The position numbers and the translations under genes are program-made. DNA of 64,000 nt from Cyanophora paradoxa CCMP329. Its lineage: Eukaryota; Plantae; Glaucophyta. Below, in pieces: positions 25,893-37,763 of this stretch. The notes beneath the pieces are model-generated. The model made no database searches. It saw only the letters and a program-made list of their open reading frames with translations, and was not told the DNA's origin. Where the stretch lies: the NCBI GenBank assembly GCA_004431415.1, contig QPMI01000036.1:1-64000 (forward strand), in the 5' to 3' direction. Each line of letters starts with the position of its first letter. Positions within the stretch are counted from its first letter, which is position 1.

Positions 25893-26868
25893 ATGTCAGC
25901 GCTCATTGAACCCCTGCTGCGGGCGCTGTCGGGCCCCCAGGCCGAGCGCGAGGAGAACGAGCTGCTGTTGGAGGAGATAGCGCTCGAGGAGTTCGAGGCC
26001 GCGATTGAGCGCCGAGGCCGAAGGCGACAGCTCCGCCGGGAGGCTACCAACCAGCGCCTCGAGGCGCAGCAGAACCTTGCCGTGTTCAGGGGGTGCGCCT
26101 CCCCTTGAACCTAGGCGCGCAAACTTGATGTGCTTTACTGCAGGCAGCTGCGAGCCAAGGAAGACGAGGTTGAAGCGCTTCGCCAGAAGCTTGACGGGTG
26201 CGGCGCGGTCATGTGCTCGGCGTGCGGCCTGACTCCCTTCAGGTGGCACTGGGAGCTCGAGCAGGACGACGGGAAGCGCTCTCCAGGTGCCTGAATAGGC
26301 CACCTGAAATTTTCCACTTCTGATGACAGCTGTTGCGCAGAAACAACCGAGGCGCTTCGTGAAAAAGTCTTCGCTCTGATCGACGAGGTTGACGCAAAAG
26401 ATGCTCGTGTGTCGGAGCTTCGCGACAAGCTCGCTCAGATTGAGAGTGCGCCAGAGTGCGGGGCGCCCCCGCAACCGCTTATCAGCCGCAGTCATGCTGG
26501 AGCCCGATTTCGACTCGAGCTCAAGCGATACGGAGGATGATGACGTCGAGGAGCCCGATCATAGCGGCGACGAGGAGGATGCACGCATTCGCCGCACTGC
26601 AGCTCCGTTTCCGCCACTGGAAACCGAGTTGGTGGAGCGCAGGCCGGTCACAGATAGCGATGCTGCGGCTGGCGCAGGCGTCGGGGCAGATCTGGGCGAT
26701 CGCTTGGCAGGTGCATCAACGCCACCTCGGACAACTGATTCAGAACAACCGGCCACTCCAAACCCACAGCTGAGCCCAGCTACTTCTTCCACCGCTCTTC
26801 TCACCCCTGCTGCTCTAAGCCCAGCTGCATCGGCAAGCACCTGTTTGCCAGCTATTCTCGAGCGATAA
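25893..26868 (+). CDS. Hypothetical coiled-coil protein with acidic, low-complexity C-terminus
   Basis: E/R/L-rich heptad exons (ALREKVFALIDEVDAKDARVSELRDKLAQIE) separated by GTGCGC...AG introns. Confidence 0.5.
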
Positions 26869-26941
26869 TAGTAAATAGTAATACCCAATATTGAACCATC
26901 TACTTCAGAGTGCGATGACGATTATAATTAGGCATCCCGAA

Positions 26942-28116
26942 GACAAGGGGGAGGGGGTACGCAAAATTTGCGGTGGCGCGACGATTACGGCGCCCGGCAG
27001 CGCGGCGGGCCAGGCTTCCCACCCGTGGGTGCCTGATAACGCCGCGTGTCAAGCTGCTCGGAAAGTCGCGCGCCAGCTCCACCCGACCCCCGTAGACCGA
27101 CAACGCTAGCCAGCCCAGCCGGGCGCGAGCCGACAGCCGACGCGGGCACATCACCGTCCAGCATCACTGCCGAAGCCGACAGCCCGCCCCCGGAGCGACG
27201 TGGAGCCCCGCCGACCTCGCCATGACGCCGACGCTTTTTGAATCGATATCTCAAGGACCTTGCCCGCGCCCCGCGCGGGACATACGGATAGCGCGCTGCC
27301 ACTCTAGATCTTCCGTATAACGTCGCAGTCCTAAAGCGTGCGAGCGACCGCCTCGACTTCGCCCGAGCTCCCGCCATCGCCGCCCGGCCACCCACACGCC
27401 GCCCGCCGCATAGCCGATGCCCGATGACCGCCAGCTCTCTAAGATGACGCACCCGACGTCGACGTCGCGCGCCGCCGCCACTAGTACTGTCCCTCGAATG
27501 CCGCCGTCATGCTGCAGGCGCCGCGCGCGCCGCCCCATCCTCACAGAACGTGCTCGCGCGCCTGCAGATCTCGACCTGCATCTCGACCTCTCTCCTCCGC
27601 CTCGAGCTCGCCGCGCGACGGGGCCGTCGGCGCCGTCCGATGTACAACTACGGCGGGGTGCGCCCACGCCCAACTAACTCCCTAGCGCCCCGCGCCGGCC
27701 CCTCCCCCGCCCAGAGCCCAGGCCCCGCGGGCCCACGCCCCCGCCCCCTCTCCCCCGGCCTGGGCCCAAGGGGCGCCCACCCGGACTCCTCCTCCCCGAG
27801 GTCGGTACAGAGACGTGTACGCTCGGTCCCCCCCCCCCAGAGCCAGACGAGGCTCGCCCGGACCCGGCCTCCAAGCTGGCCCCTGCCGCCGGCGCCAGCG
27901 CCCCGCCTCCGCCCCCCGGCTCCAGCGCCCGCCCGCGCCCTCCGGCTCCAGTGCCCCGCCCCCGCCCTCCGGCTCCAGCGCCCCGCCCCGCCCTCCGGCT
28001 CCAACGCCCCGCCCCCGCCCTCCGGCTCCAGCGCCCCGCCCCCGCCCCCGGCTCCAGCTCCCCGCCCGCGCCCTCCGGCTCGAGCGCCCCGCCCCGCCCC
28101 CGGCTCCAGCGCCCCG

Positions 28117-28147
<31 letters not shown>

Positions 28148-28482
28148 GCTCCAGCGCCCCGCCCGCGCCCTCCGGCTCCAGCGCCCCGCCCGCGCCCTCC
28201 GGCTCCAGCGCCCCGCCCGCGCCCTCCGGCTCCAGCGCCCCGCCCCGCCCTCCAGCTCCAACGCCCCGCCCCCGCCCCCCGGCTCCAGTGCCCCGCCCTG
28301 GCCGCCCTCCAGCGCCCCGCCTCCGCCGCCCCCCACCCGCTATGCACCCCGCTCCCGCCCCCTTCCCCTCCCTCCGCTCCGCCCCCGCCACCCCCAACGC
28401 CCCGTGCGCCCGCCTCCCCTCCCCCCCCTCCCCCAGGGCCAAGACTCCGACAGATAGCTCCTAGCTAGGGCAGACAGAGCCT

Positions 28483-28520
<38 letters not shown>

Positions 28521-28703
28521 CCCTCTTGCAGGGCCAAGGACCGACTCGACTCCACACCGCTCCTTCATAATAGCTCGCAGCTAGCTAGGGCAGGGTAGCA
28601 CGACGTCTCCCCTCTATGCCGCAGAGCAGGTAGAGCAGTCGGACGGTGCCCCCCCAGTCAAACATCTATGACGGGGCGGTAATTGTTGTCCTTTTTGAAA
28701 AAA
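26942..28703 (+). mobile_element. ~1.76-kb non-autonomous retro-insertion with A-rich tail and 16-bp TSD
   Basis: AATTAGGCATCCCGAA (26926-26941) and AATTAGGCATCACGAA (28704-28719) flank it. It ends in CTTTTTGAAAAAA and has no recognisable ORF. Confidence 0.65.
27895..28335. repeat. GC-rich minisatellite, ~27-bp unit (GCCCTCCGGCTCCAGCGCCCCGCCCGC)
   Basis: More than a dozen imperfect tandem copies of the CCGGCTCCAGCGCCCCGCCC core. Confidence 0.9.
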
Positions 28704-28997
28704 AATTAGGCATCACGAAAGGGTGCAGGGGAGATCACTAGTACTAGCCCGGGGGGGGGGGGGGCCGCAGGTTCCGCACGGCCGGGCCTCCGCGCGGTGG
28801 GGAGACGCTTTTCATGATCAGGCAAGTTAGCATTTCCCGATTTGACCTTCGCGCTGACTCCGGGATGCGCTCGCTTGCGCAGGCCACTCCTTCGCTCGTG
28901 GAGCTGCGCTTCCTTTGATCCTGCTTTGTGCAATTACGCGTCGGTTTGCGCGAAGGCGCGGCGAAGGTACAGCGGGGCAAATGCAATAGCGACCTAT

Positions 28998-29110
28998 AGC
29001 GTTTGGAACCACATGTCTGGACTCCGATTGTGGGAATGTACACTTACTGCGGCCGCCGCAGCCGCGGGCCCAGCCCACCAGCGAGCTGGCAAGCCGCGCC
29101 CTGCGTGGCC
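28998..29110 (+). repeat. Repeat 'M' copy
   Basis: GTGGGAATGTACACT...GCGGCCGCCGCAGCCGCGGGCCCAGCCCACCAGCGAGCTGGC...CCCTGCGTGGCC. Confidence 0.8.
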
Positions 29111-29800
29111 AACTTCGACATCCCAAATCGCAGTCCAACAGGCCTCTACAATGCCAGAGCCCATCCAGAATTCGAAAGTCCCAACTAGCACATGTGAACC
29201 GCAACTTCGGCATCGTGTTCCTACCGATGTCATCGAGATTTTTTCCAAGAAGACTGCGCCAGAAAGCCTGCAGGACGGCGACGAGTACGGAGACCCGATT
29301 GTAGTGGTGGAGATCAACAAAGGCAGCATCGATATGCGCCAAGATCCTGCTCGCAACTTTGTGCATCCAATTCCACAAAATCCGGAGAGTGAGATCGCCG
29401 CTGCTTTCATTCGTCAAGGCGGCAACCCCATCACACTTCAGTCCGGACACGTCTCGAAGCTTGCCTTCACATTCACCTCGCGGCAGCAAGTAATCGTGCG
29501 CTCTTTGATGCCGATGACGAGCTGCTTTGCTCAATTTATATTGACTGCACATCTCTCCAGTATGCATTGGCAAGATTGTTCCGCGACCCGGCGCTTGCCT
29601 GGGCCTTGCATACACCCAACTTTGATGATGTCGCCAAAGTGCTTGATATTATTGCCGGTTCATTTTATTTGGTTGCTTACGCATCATTCATTGGGCATCA
29701 GACCTGCTTAAGATCAATGCATATGCGCAGTGAAGAAGGGCATGTTTGACGTCATGGAGCACATGGATCCATTCAATCTGTGAGAAATCCTACTGTCGGA
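29111..29800 (+). pseudogene. Coding-like remnant, possibly a CACTA/CMC-type transposase fragment
   Basis: With one GT-AG intron it reads FTFTSRQQVI|YALARLFRDPALAWALHTPNFDDVAKVLDIIAGSFY...MFDVMEHMDPFNL. This is only loosely reminiscent of the L..LF..P / DI.DG / D.FNP motif series. Confidence 0.25.
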
Positions 29801-29833
29801 CATTGCCCCAAGATCAATGCATTGCCCCTCAAC

Positions 29834-29955
29834 GGCACAGGGCCCAGCTGGCCAGCTCGCGCGCTGGTGGGCTGGGCCCGTGGTCGCAGCGGCCACAGTG
29901 TACATTCCCACACTTGTGCCCTGGACTTGCGGTTAGAATTCGTGTCCAAATGCTT
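29834..29955 (-). repeat. Repeat 'M', full copy directly after a stop codon
   Basis: TAG|AAGCATTTGGACACGAATTCTAACCGCAAGTCCAGGGCACAAGTGTGGGAATGTACACT... on the - strand. Confidence 0.85.
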
Positions 29956-31733
29956 CTACTTCAGATCTTTTGGAAGGAACGCGTTCTCGTTTTGGAGCTT
30001 GTCAATCAAGCCTTTGAGTTTCAAGTCTCGGCTCACTTCCACGGCCTGTAAGAACGCCTGCGGCGCGTGTTTGAACATAATACCAGCTGGGAGTGGGGAG
30101 GGGCACCAGAAAAATATTACGCAAAGCAGATGTAGCCGCTTTGTGGATGTCTGTCTTGGCGCGCATCCTGTACGGGACCCAATGTTGATTAAGCCAATGC
30201 TGGGCGTAAAATCAAAAACATTCGATCTCACAGCTGAGTTCCTTTGTCAATCGCTGCAATCAAAGCAGTTTCATTTCGATCATTCAGTTCAGCTTGCTGT
30301 AATGCTTGAGCTTCAGCCTGAACGATTTCGGCTAGCTCTGGAAGCGGATCTCCCGAGTAAACGAATTCTGTTAAAGAAAGTAAGGTGGGGGGGCCCACCT
30401 TGACTTCTGTGCGAGGCATCCTCCAACAGCGCCCAGACTCGATCTCGTTCCAACTGATATAGAGGGCATACGAATCGCTCGACGAACACAAGTGTAAGGT
30501 GCATGCACTAGGAGAAACAGCGGACCTGCAAAGAGGCCATCGAATGGGCAAGCTCATCCCGTTGTTTCATCAACAACTGGATGCGACTGAGAGAGGAGAA
30601 TCAGAGCTTATATACACGGGCAGTGCGGGAGATGCGGACATGTGCTCGAAAGGCCTCTGTAGTTCACCGTTGTGTAGGGCTTCATGCACAAGCCTGTGAT
30701 GCCTCACCCTGTGAACGCACATCTGATGTGGTTTCTCGTTGGCACACTACACCGACAGCGAACCGAAAGTTGAGCAGCTCTTGCGTAGAAATTTCGGCAC
30801 ACTGAACCTGATCTCGTGTGTCAGCGTGGCGGCGTACAACAGAAATCGTTGATGTTGCACACGGCGAGATCCTGCTCGAGCACATCCAGCTCCTCTTCTC
30901 GGATTGCCGCGAAGTTCCAGGCGGCGCGCATGTACGCGTTCCTGTCGGTCTCGCTGGGAATTGCCTCCTTCGACGCAGCAAGCGCGCTGACAGCCTCTCG
31001 CAACCTTTGGTTCTCGCATTCGACGCAGTCTGCGAGCAATGCGAGCCTTCTGCGAAGACTGCGCGACGCCCAGAAATCAAAGCAAACTAGCCTAGATGAG
31101 CTCGGCTGCGCACCGCGAGAAGCGGACGTGGTGATCCAGAAACTGGCGGCATCGACCGCGCAGCTCGTCGTTCGCGGCCAGATCCCGCTCAAGCGTCCCC
31201 CAGCGCTCCAAAATACCGGTTGCAAAGCGCGATCCGCCATCCAGGGCAAGCAGTTCACAGAGTCGGTCCCGAACGCCGGATGCTGAGCCTGACGCGCTGC
31301 CTTGCTCTTGCAGCCGTGCGGCCTCTTCCAACACCTCCTCGTACTCGTGTTGAATAGCGGTCACCATGCAAGGATGCAGCTCGAGCTCTCCGCGTCCGCT
31401 TACAGAGCGACTCAAGAGCGCGGGAACCCCGACGGACGCCGCAAGGGTACGGAAACGTTCTGCTCGACACCCGATTGCTGCTCTTGGCACTCTCGTCGCT
31501 GGAGGAAGCCGATTTGATCCGAATTGATCCGAATTTGATCGAAGTCCCCGGGTACGCCGTGACGTATACAGCGCGTTAATATTGGCGCGAAAGTTCGGCG
31601 AGGCGCCTGGGCTGCCCTGATCCTCATCGATCCCCACTCTTCTCAGCGTCTCGCGGGGCATCGTTAGAGGCTCCCGGGCTGCCCTGATGCCCTGAAGCCG
31701 ATTTGATCTGAGTCCGCGGGTACGCACGTTCAT
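29956..31733 (-). CDS. Hypothetical helical protein, multi-exon
   Basis: Successive coding-like exons (EYEEVLEEAARLQEQ..., AYMRAAWNFAAIREEELDVLEQDL..., AFLQAVEVSRDLKLKGLIDKLQNENAFLPKDLK*). No family recognised and the start is uncertain. Confidence 0.45.
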
Positions 31734-31808
31734 CGAAGTGCATTGGCGCGATTCACAGCTCAGCGGCTAGCCATTGCTTTGTCCGCAGCTAGCTTGTCTG
31801 TGTTATCA

Positions 31809-32763
31809 ATGCCGCAGGTGCCGCGGGTTGGCGTCGCCGTGCTGGTGGTTCGGCGCGGGCCCGGAGGAGAAGCGGAAGTCCTCGTCGGGCAGCGCATCAA
31901 CTCGCATGGCCACGGAACGTGCGTGTACTCGTAATCGAAATCATTGAATACTAGTCGATAACCGTGCAGCCGCTGAGCTGCCCTTCGCTTCGAATTCGAC
32001 GAGTTAGCACGAGCCCCTGATGCATCAGTCCTAGAGACTAGAGTCACGGCTTTCAATGGCATTGTGGGCAATATTAACCGCGCGCTCAGCTTTCAGCTTC
32101 CCGGAGGGTACCTCGAGTTTGGGGAAGACTTTGAAGCTTGCGCGCGACGGGAGGTCGCGGAAGAAACCGGGATGACTTCACTGGGCCCTGTTTCGTTTGT
32201 TCACGTCACTAACAAGTACGTGACGTAGTGCTAGCTAAGTAGGCCCTTTTTTTATAGACGGGGCAATCAAAGACGTCCTGTTTTCTAGTTGATCTAAAAT
32301 GCAACGGGAGATGGGGGTTTGATCTAGTTGGTTCATAATAATCCATAATGGCATATCGTCAATCCATCGGGTCGCGATCGCTAACTAGCATTTGGACACG
32401 AATTCAAACTAGGCCTAACTAGGCCTCGCAGCTTGATGTTGGCGGAAGGCCAGCACACGATAACGATCTTCGTGCGCCCCCCTTCCCCCCTCCCATCTCC
32501 AATGATGTTCAAGATTTCCGTGAACTGGCCAATGCACATGCAGCTACCAAGATTTTCCGTGACGTTCAAGATTTTCGACCTGAGGCTGACTGCGGACGTG
32601 CATGCAGATGCGTGCAGAGCACAATCCGGGGAATGAACCAAGAGTGCTCGAGCCCCACAAATGCAGTGGCTGGCAATGGCTGTCGTGGAGCTCCATCCGA
32701 CGGCTCCAGCCCCTCTTTTTGCCCCTCCAGCTTCTAGTCAACTCTGGTTACGAGCCTGAATAG
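31809..32763 (+). CDS. NUDIX hydrolase, NUDT15/AtNUDT1-like
   Basis: PRVGVAVLVV...VLVGQRINSHGHGT|FQLPGGYLEFGEDFEACARREVAEETG (Nudix box)...EPHKCSGWQWLSW...PLFLPL. Confidence 0.88.
32387..32409 (+). repeat. Repeat 'M', 5' remnant inside a NUDIX intron
   Basis: AGCATTTGGACACGAATTCAAAC, a 23-nt match to the M 5' end. Confidence 0.6.
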
Positions 32764-32923
32764 CACATTCTCCCCTCCCCTCCCCTCCCCCCCCCCCCCT
32801 CCCCCTCCCCCTCCCCCTCATCCCCACTCTTCTCCGCCCTTCCCTGCCGCATCTGTACGTGTTTCGCGATCTTCCATTCAACCCTATTGACAAAAAAATT
32901 ATGAATTACGAGCTGGTGACCTT

Positions 32924-35258
32924 TCACTTGAGCTTGAGATCGGCCGCAGACGGCACTGCCTGTGCGTCTCCAACCACGGAGATGGTGGGGTTAGACTTGA
33001 GGAAACGCTGGGCGACGCGCTGAAGGTCTGCTGGCGAAACGGCGTCGATCTGTGGGGGTGTGAATCAAACGATCGCATGTGGCACAATCACGGGGCTACC
33101 GCGCGAACCTGAGCACAGAGCTCCTCGGGCGTGAAACGCTTGCCGTAGATCAGAAGCTGGCGTCCAACATCGTCCGCAAGGATGGACCTAATTGGGGGTG
33201 TCAGGGGCAGCGTCCCAAGCGCTGAAAGCACCGTGGTAGCACACCGTGACTCGAGGTTCATGAGGAGCGAGGTCTTGGTCTGCGCCTTGGCACGGGCAGC
33301 CTCCTGCTGGGTGGGAGCAACCGAAGCCATCGCCTTCATAGCATCGGCAAGAACCTGCACGGGCAAGTGCTTGAACAGATGTGCATCTCGATTCCGGGGC
33401 AGAAAACCTACCTCCGAAAGCTCCTTAGCGCGGTCCGACTCCGCTGAGCCCACGACGCCGAAGAGGCCAGAGTCGGCATACATCACATTGAACGCGGTGG
33501 CAGACTGAACCTGCAGTAAGGGCGTCAGCTCGAACAGATCCCAGCAGGACACGGGTGGTTCGACGTCACCCATGCATGCTTGTTGAGAACACCCTGATAG
33601 AGCCGTGTATACATACCTGCATACAGAGTTGAGAAGGGGGAGAGCACAGTCATTCACTTCGTTTCGCACCCTTGCCAGGGCCGCCAGCGGAGAATGAATT
33701 GCCTCCGCCCATCATCATGTGAAGGACAACAGATGCCGCAAGATCCTTGTCATGGTGGCTGATGCCTGCCCACAGCAGAGCATCAAACACGAGCAGCCCA
33801 ATTCGACGAAAACTCCTCGCTCGACGCACCCTCGAACGCCAGGGCGACATGAGTGAGAGGGCTGGCGAGCTGCACGCGAGACTCGCCGCCAAAGTACTGC
33901 AAGAACGCTCACTGCTCGTTCACACATACAGACCACCCGGACGGGGGGGAAAGCACCTTGGAAGGAGCCCGCGTGACAGGAGCGCCTGCGGAAGACATCG
34001 TGCCGAATGCCATCTCCGCCATCTCAACGAGCTCCTCGTGCTCAACGCCCGCAGCCGCAAGGACCATGCGAGTGGGCTGTGTGCGGATGTGTCACTTGAA
34101 AAGAAAAGAAACGCACAGGGAATCATGGCATATTCACCTGGAAGAAGGTCTCGCAGAACGAAGCAAGATCGTCGGCGGAGATCTTCTCGAGGTTGTGCTC
34201 CGGGCAGATGGTGGGCAGCCCCAGCCCAGTGCGACGGTACGCCTCGGCGTGTGCGCCGTCGAGGACGAGCGTCTGCACAGCTGTTAACCGCGAGCGCCCT
34301 TTCATTGGGGCCATTGACCTCACCTGGATGTTCGTGCTCGCAAGCTGCTGGTGCGCGGCGGCGAGCGCTCCACGAGCAGCCTTCAACTCCTGTGCCTTGA
34401 AGTGCCGGTTCTTTGCCTGTGCGGAGAGGAGCTCCACAAAGTATGGCAGCTTCGAGCGCAGAAATTCCGCCGAGTACACGATCTGCTCCCGAGAAGCCGA
34501 GCCGAGGAGGGCGCCGCCAAGGTGCTCGACCTCGCGAACGGTGCGGAATGCGGTGCGGTCCGCCATCGACTGCACGCTTCCCTCAGCAAAACGCGCGGGA
34601 GGCAGGATCGGGGTGATACCTTGAACGCGAGCTGCTCCAGGAAGTGGGACACGCCGTTGTTCGCGGGGGTCTCGTACCGGCTTCCGGCATCGACATAGAG
34701 AGACAGAGTGGTGATCTGGCCGTAGTTCTCGACTGACGCGACGCGCAGCCCATTGGACAGGCGCGAGACCTAGAGCTCATGTCATGGGCGCGTCGGGATC
34801 CGCCCTTACGGGGGCCTCAGACCTTCGCCTGCGGCGCCGGCAGCTTTTCAACAGCGGAGTAATCGATGTGGCCAGTGCCCGGAAGCGGCTCGGTCATAGG
34901 CCGGCTGGGAGGGGTTGAGGAGTCGATGAAACGGTGAGGCGAGCGGGCAGGGACGAGAGGCTAGCACGCACTCGCCGAGAGCCGCCGACACGGCATACTT
35001 GCGCTGCGAGATTCCCTGCGCCGATGGAGGAGGGGCCAGGAGTCAGCGATTGCGTGCGCGGGTCGGCGTCGGGCGGCGGCCCGTCCAGGGCGTCGCAGAG
35101 CTATCCCATAGACTGCAAAGAAGCATTCGCGCGCCAGGAATCCGCGCGGCCGTCATGGCGGTCGGGCGCGGATCCGCGTGCCCTGTGCGGCCGAACACAT
35201 TGGAGGGGCGCATTCGCACCCGGAGGACGCGGGCCCGCGGAACCACAGCGCGGAGCAT
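32924..35258 (-). CDS. PMPCA: Mitochondrial processing peptidase alpha subunit (M16 family)
   Basis: Presequence MLRAVVPRARVLR; LSNGLRVAS...YVDAGSRYE...GVSHFLEQLAFK; glycine-rich loop MMGGGNSFSAGGPGKG; SATAFNVMYADSGLFGV. Confidence 0.93.
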
Positions 35259-35437
35259 CTTCCTGGCGATGAACGGGGGCGAACTGCGAGGAGGGGGTAC
35301 CGACAAACACCGGTCTCTCCTTCTCTAGCAGCTGGCACGCCTGCAGATCAATACTCAAACCCACATATCTGCTGCCTTGCTGCCCAACTTTGCTGCCCAG
35401 GCTCACCCACCTCGTGAAGCCGGCTGGAGTCGGTTCG

Positions 35438-36915
35438 ATGCTCGGCCCCGGGGCCGCTCGTCTCACGAGGCATCGTCTGCGCGTGAGAGTAGAGCCGTAC
35501 TCCTCGGCGCGACACCAGCACAACCGGGACGCCGTCACACCGACCGGTTCGCGCTCTCCCTCGCGGCGAGCGGCGAGAGGCCCTTGCTTTCGAGCGCCTG
35601 TTGTTGCCGCACCTTCTTTTGCACAGCGTGTACTGATGATAATCCTCTCTGTCAGGGGACACCGCCGCCGTCGGACGGCGTGGAAATGGCTGCGGGGCGC
35701 CTCCGTCGTGCAGAGTGCAGCGGGATGCCCCGCAGAGTGTAATAGAGGAGCTCGAGAGGAGCTTGAGAGATCTCGGCGGTGATTGCCTCGCTCCCGCCCG
35801 CGTGCTGCCTCTTGACCTGCCAGGGGTCTCGCAGCCAGCAAGCCGGACGACCCAGCGCGGAACCCCTCCATCGTTATAACTCCTGCGGCAAGATCATCTA
35901 GGTGCGCCCCTGCTGCCTCTCATGCTACTGCCTGTTACTGCCCCTCCCCTCCCGCCCCACCCCCTCCCCCACCCCTCCCCCTCCCCCTGCCCCCCCCCCC
36001 CCCCCCCCCCCCCTTCCCATGCGTCGAGCTGCAGGGGCGTTCAGTCTCTGAGTGGTGCTGCGCAGAACTGCCGACTTCGGGGACTCTATCCTGGTGAGAG
36101 GTGGCCTTTGCATGACGCCTGAAGGCCGCTATGTTTTGGATCTGCTCCAGAGGGTGCCTGTCCTTGTTGACAGTGAGCACTTCTGCCTGCTGTTTTCTGT
36201 TCGTCTGCTGACGTGTTGCAGAGCTGAAGCGCGAGGCTTTTGGGGACTGCACCCAAATAGTCCAAGAAGCAAGTTTGCACTCAGTGCTTGAGATGTACAG
36301 TATGGTTAGCGAAATCGAGCACAGTGTTCACAGACAGGTGGCTTTGCTTGCGTGGTTTTTCTTTTCTATCTGTCCTCAAGGTGCCGGCCTCGCAGGTTTT
36401 GAAAGTGCAGCCCAGCGCCTTGCCCCCTTTAGTCATGGTGCCACCTCGGCAGCACAAGACGGTTCTCTCTTACCTGCGAATGCTCCTGTTCATGCTCCCC
36501 ATGTATGTAAGACGAATGACAGGTGCTTACATCGGCGCTCCTTTATCTAGCCATCACTTGCTGATTCTTCTCAGATCTCTTTCGGCCGGAGTTCATTGAC
36601 AGGCTGCCAGCACGGGACTGGGCGACAGTCTGTGATCCACTGGAGCTGGAGCGTCTGATAGCGCTCGTGGAAAGGTTGCGCCTGTACATACGCAGCTGTC
36701 CGCGCGACCGGGAGCGGGACACACACGAGGTTGAGGGAGACACGTTGCTCTCATTTCAGCGATTGTCGCTTGCACAGCCCGCAGCATCTAGTTCGGCGCC
36801 AGTCCAACGAGCAAGCATGTTCTGTCCCCCTTCATCCCTTCTTCCCTCCCATGCTGTTGGAGGAAGTCCGCCTCCACGATTTGGCAGCAGCACTGCCACA
36901 TTGCGGTTGTCTTGA
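35438..36915 (+). CDS. Hypothetical protein, multi-exon
   Basis: Coding-like exons (GGLCMTPEGRYVLDLLQR; LHSVLEMYSMVSEIEHSVHRQ; PLELERLIALVERLRLYIRSC) bounded by GT..AG introns. The start is uncertain. Confidence 0.35.
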
Positions 36916-37203
36916 TTGATCTTTCTGGCTGCTGTTGGTCTTGGTCGATGTATGTTCAGCGTAGATACGTGATGTACGCTATCGGCTAGCTAGCTGCGTC
37001 TGTGACCTACGCCTGTGAAGGTGAGGCTCTCGAGCTCGCCGTTTTTTTTGCCGGCCCGTCCATCACATCCCCGCCCCCCCGCCCCCCCCCCCCCCCCCCC
37101 CTCCCCCTCTTCCCCAAGAGCCCGACCCTAAATCCAAATCGAAGCCCGAGGCTCAGCTGCAGCTGAGAGCGCTAGCCCAAATGAAAAGCCCGAGTCTGAA
37201 TTG

Positions 37204-37285
37204 AATAATCAGAGAAAGAACGGTCCCCAGAGTCGCTGGGGCAGGCTGCTGATGATGCGCTGTCGGCTGCGCATGCAGGGAATTG
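37204..37285 (-). pseudogene. 82-bp exact copy of coding sequence from 43303-43384
   Basis: AATAATCAGAGAAAGAACGG...GCAGGGAATTG is identical at both loci. Confidence 0.9.
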
Positions 37286-37387
37286 GATCTAGAGTTGCGA
37301 TTACGATCGGAATCAGAGTACTAGTATGCCAGCGCTACAGTACTAGTAACAAAAGTGGACAAGACTTCGAGTGCACCTATTTGCACA

Positions 37388-37763
37388 TCGAGCTAGGGGC
37401 GCAGATCAGCTAGAGTGACTCGGCGAGGTAGCCCCACAAAAACTGGAGATGAGGGCAAGCAGATCCTCGGGAAGGCTCAGAAGCTTCTTGTCCGATTTGA
37501 GAGCGATGCGCACTGGCCTCCGGCCCACCTCCGTCGCATTCAAGGAGCCGGACCGCGGTGCTCGCCCCCAGGAACTGCTGGACAGGATGCTGCTCGCGCT
37601 GCTCTCAGACAAAGGGCGACCCATAGGACCGCCGCCGCTGGAACGGCACGCGGGGCCAGCAAGGCTGCGGGGCCCTCCTGGAGCGCTGCTGGGCCCAGCA
37701 GGAGCGTTGATGGACCCCCCGGAGCGCTGCTGGGACCAGTTGAAGCGCTCATGGGCCCTCCTC
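37388..37763 (-). pseudogene. Copied internal fragment of the F-box gene (donor ~47392-47751)
   Basis: Near-identical sequence including LLSLPEDLLALI, with a few substitutions and a 17-bp insertion. Confidence 0.9.

Noticed and set aside
26985-27065. Possible self-cleaving ribozyme at the 5' end of the retro-insertion
   Set aside because: GGCGCCC/GGGTGCC can pair, but a complete HDV or hammerhead core could not be assembled by eye.
27550-28468. Pro/Gly-rich ORFs in several frames
   Set aside because: They are an artefact of a stop-free GC-rich minisatellite.
28736-28746. CACTAGTA as a CACTA terminal inverted repeat (also 27479 and 20634)
   Set aside because: There is no extended TIR partner or matching TSD. 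The string is explained by an ACT-AGT-ACT footprint.
28998-29955. Two inverted M copies as TIRs of one transposon
   Set aside because: The copies are quite diverged, no TSD is seen, and other M copies occur singly. Independent insertions from two convergent transcription units explain the arrangement.
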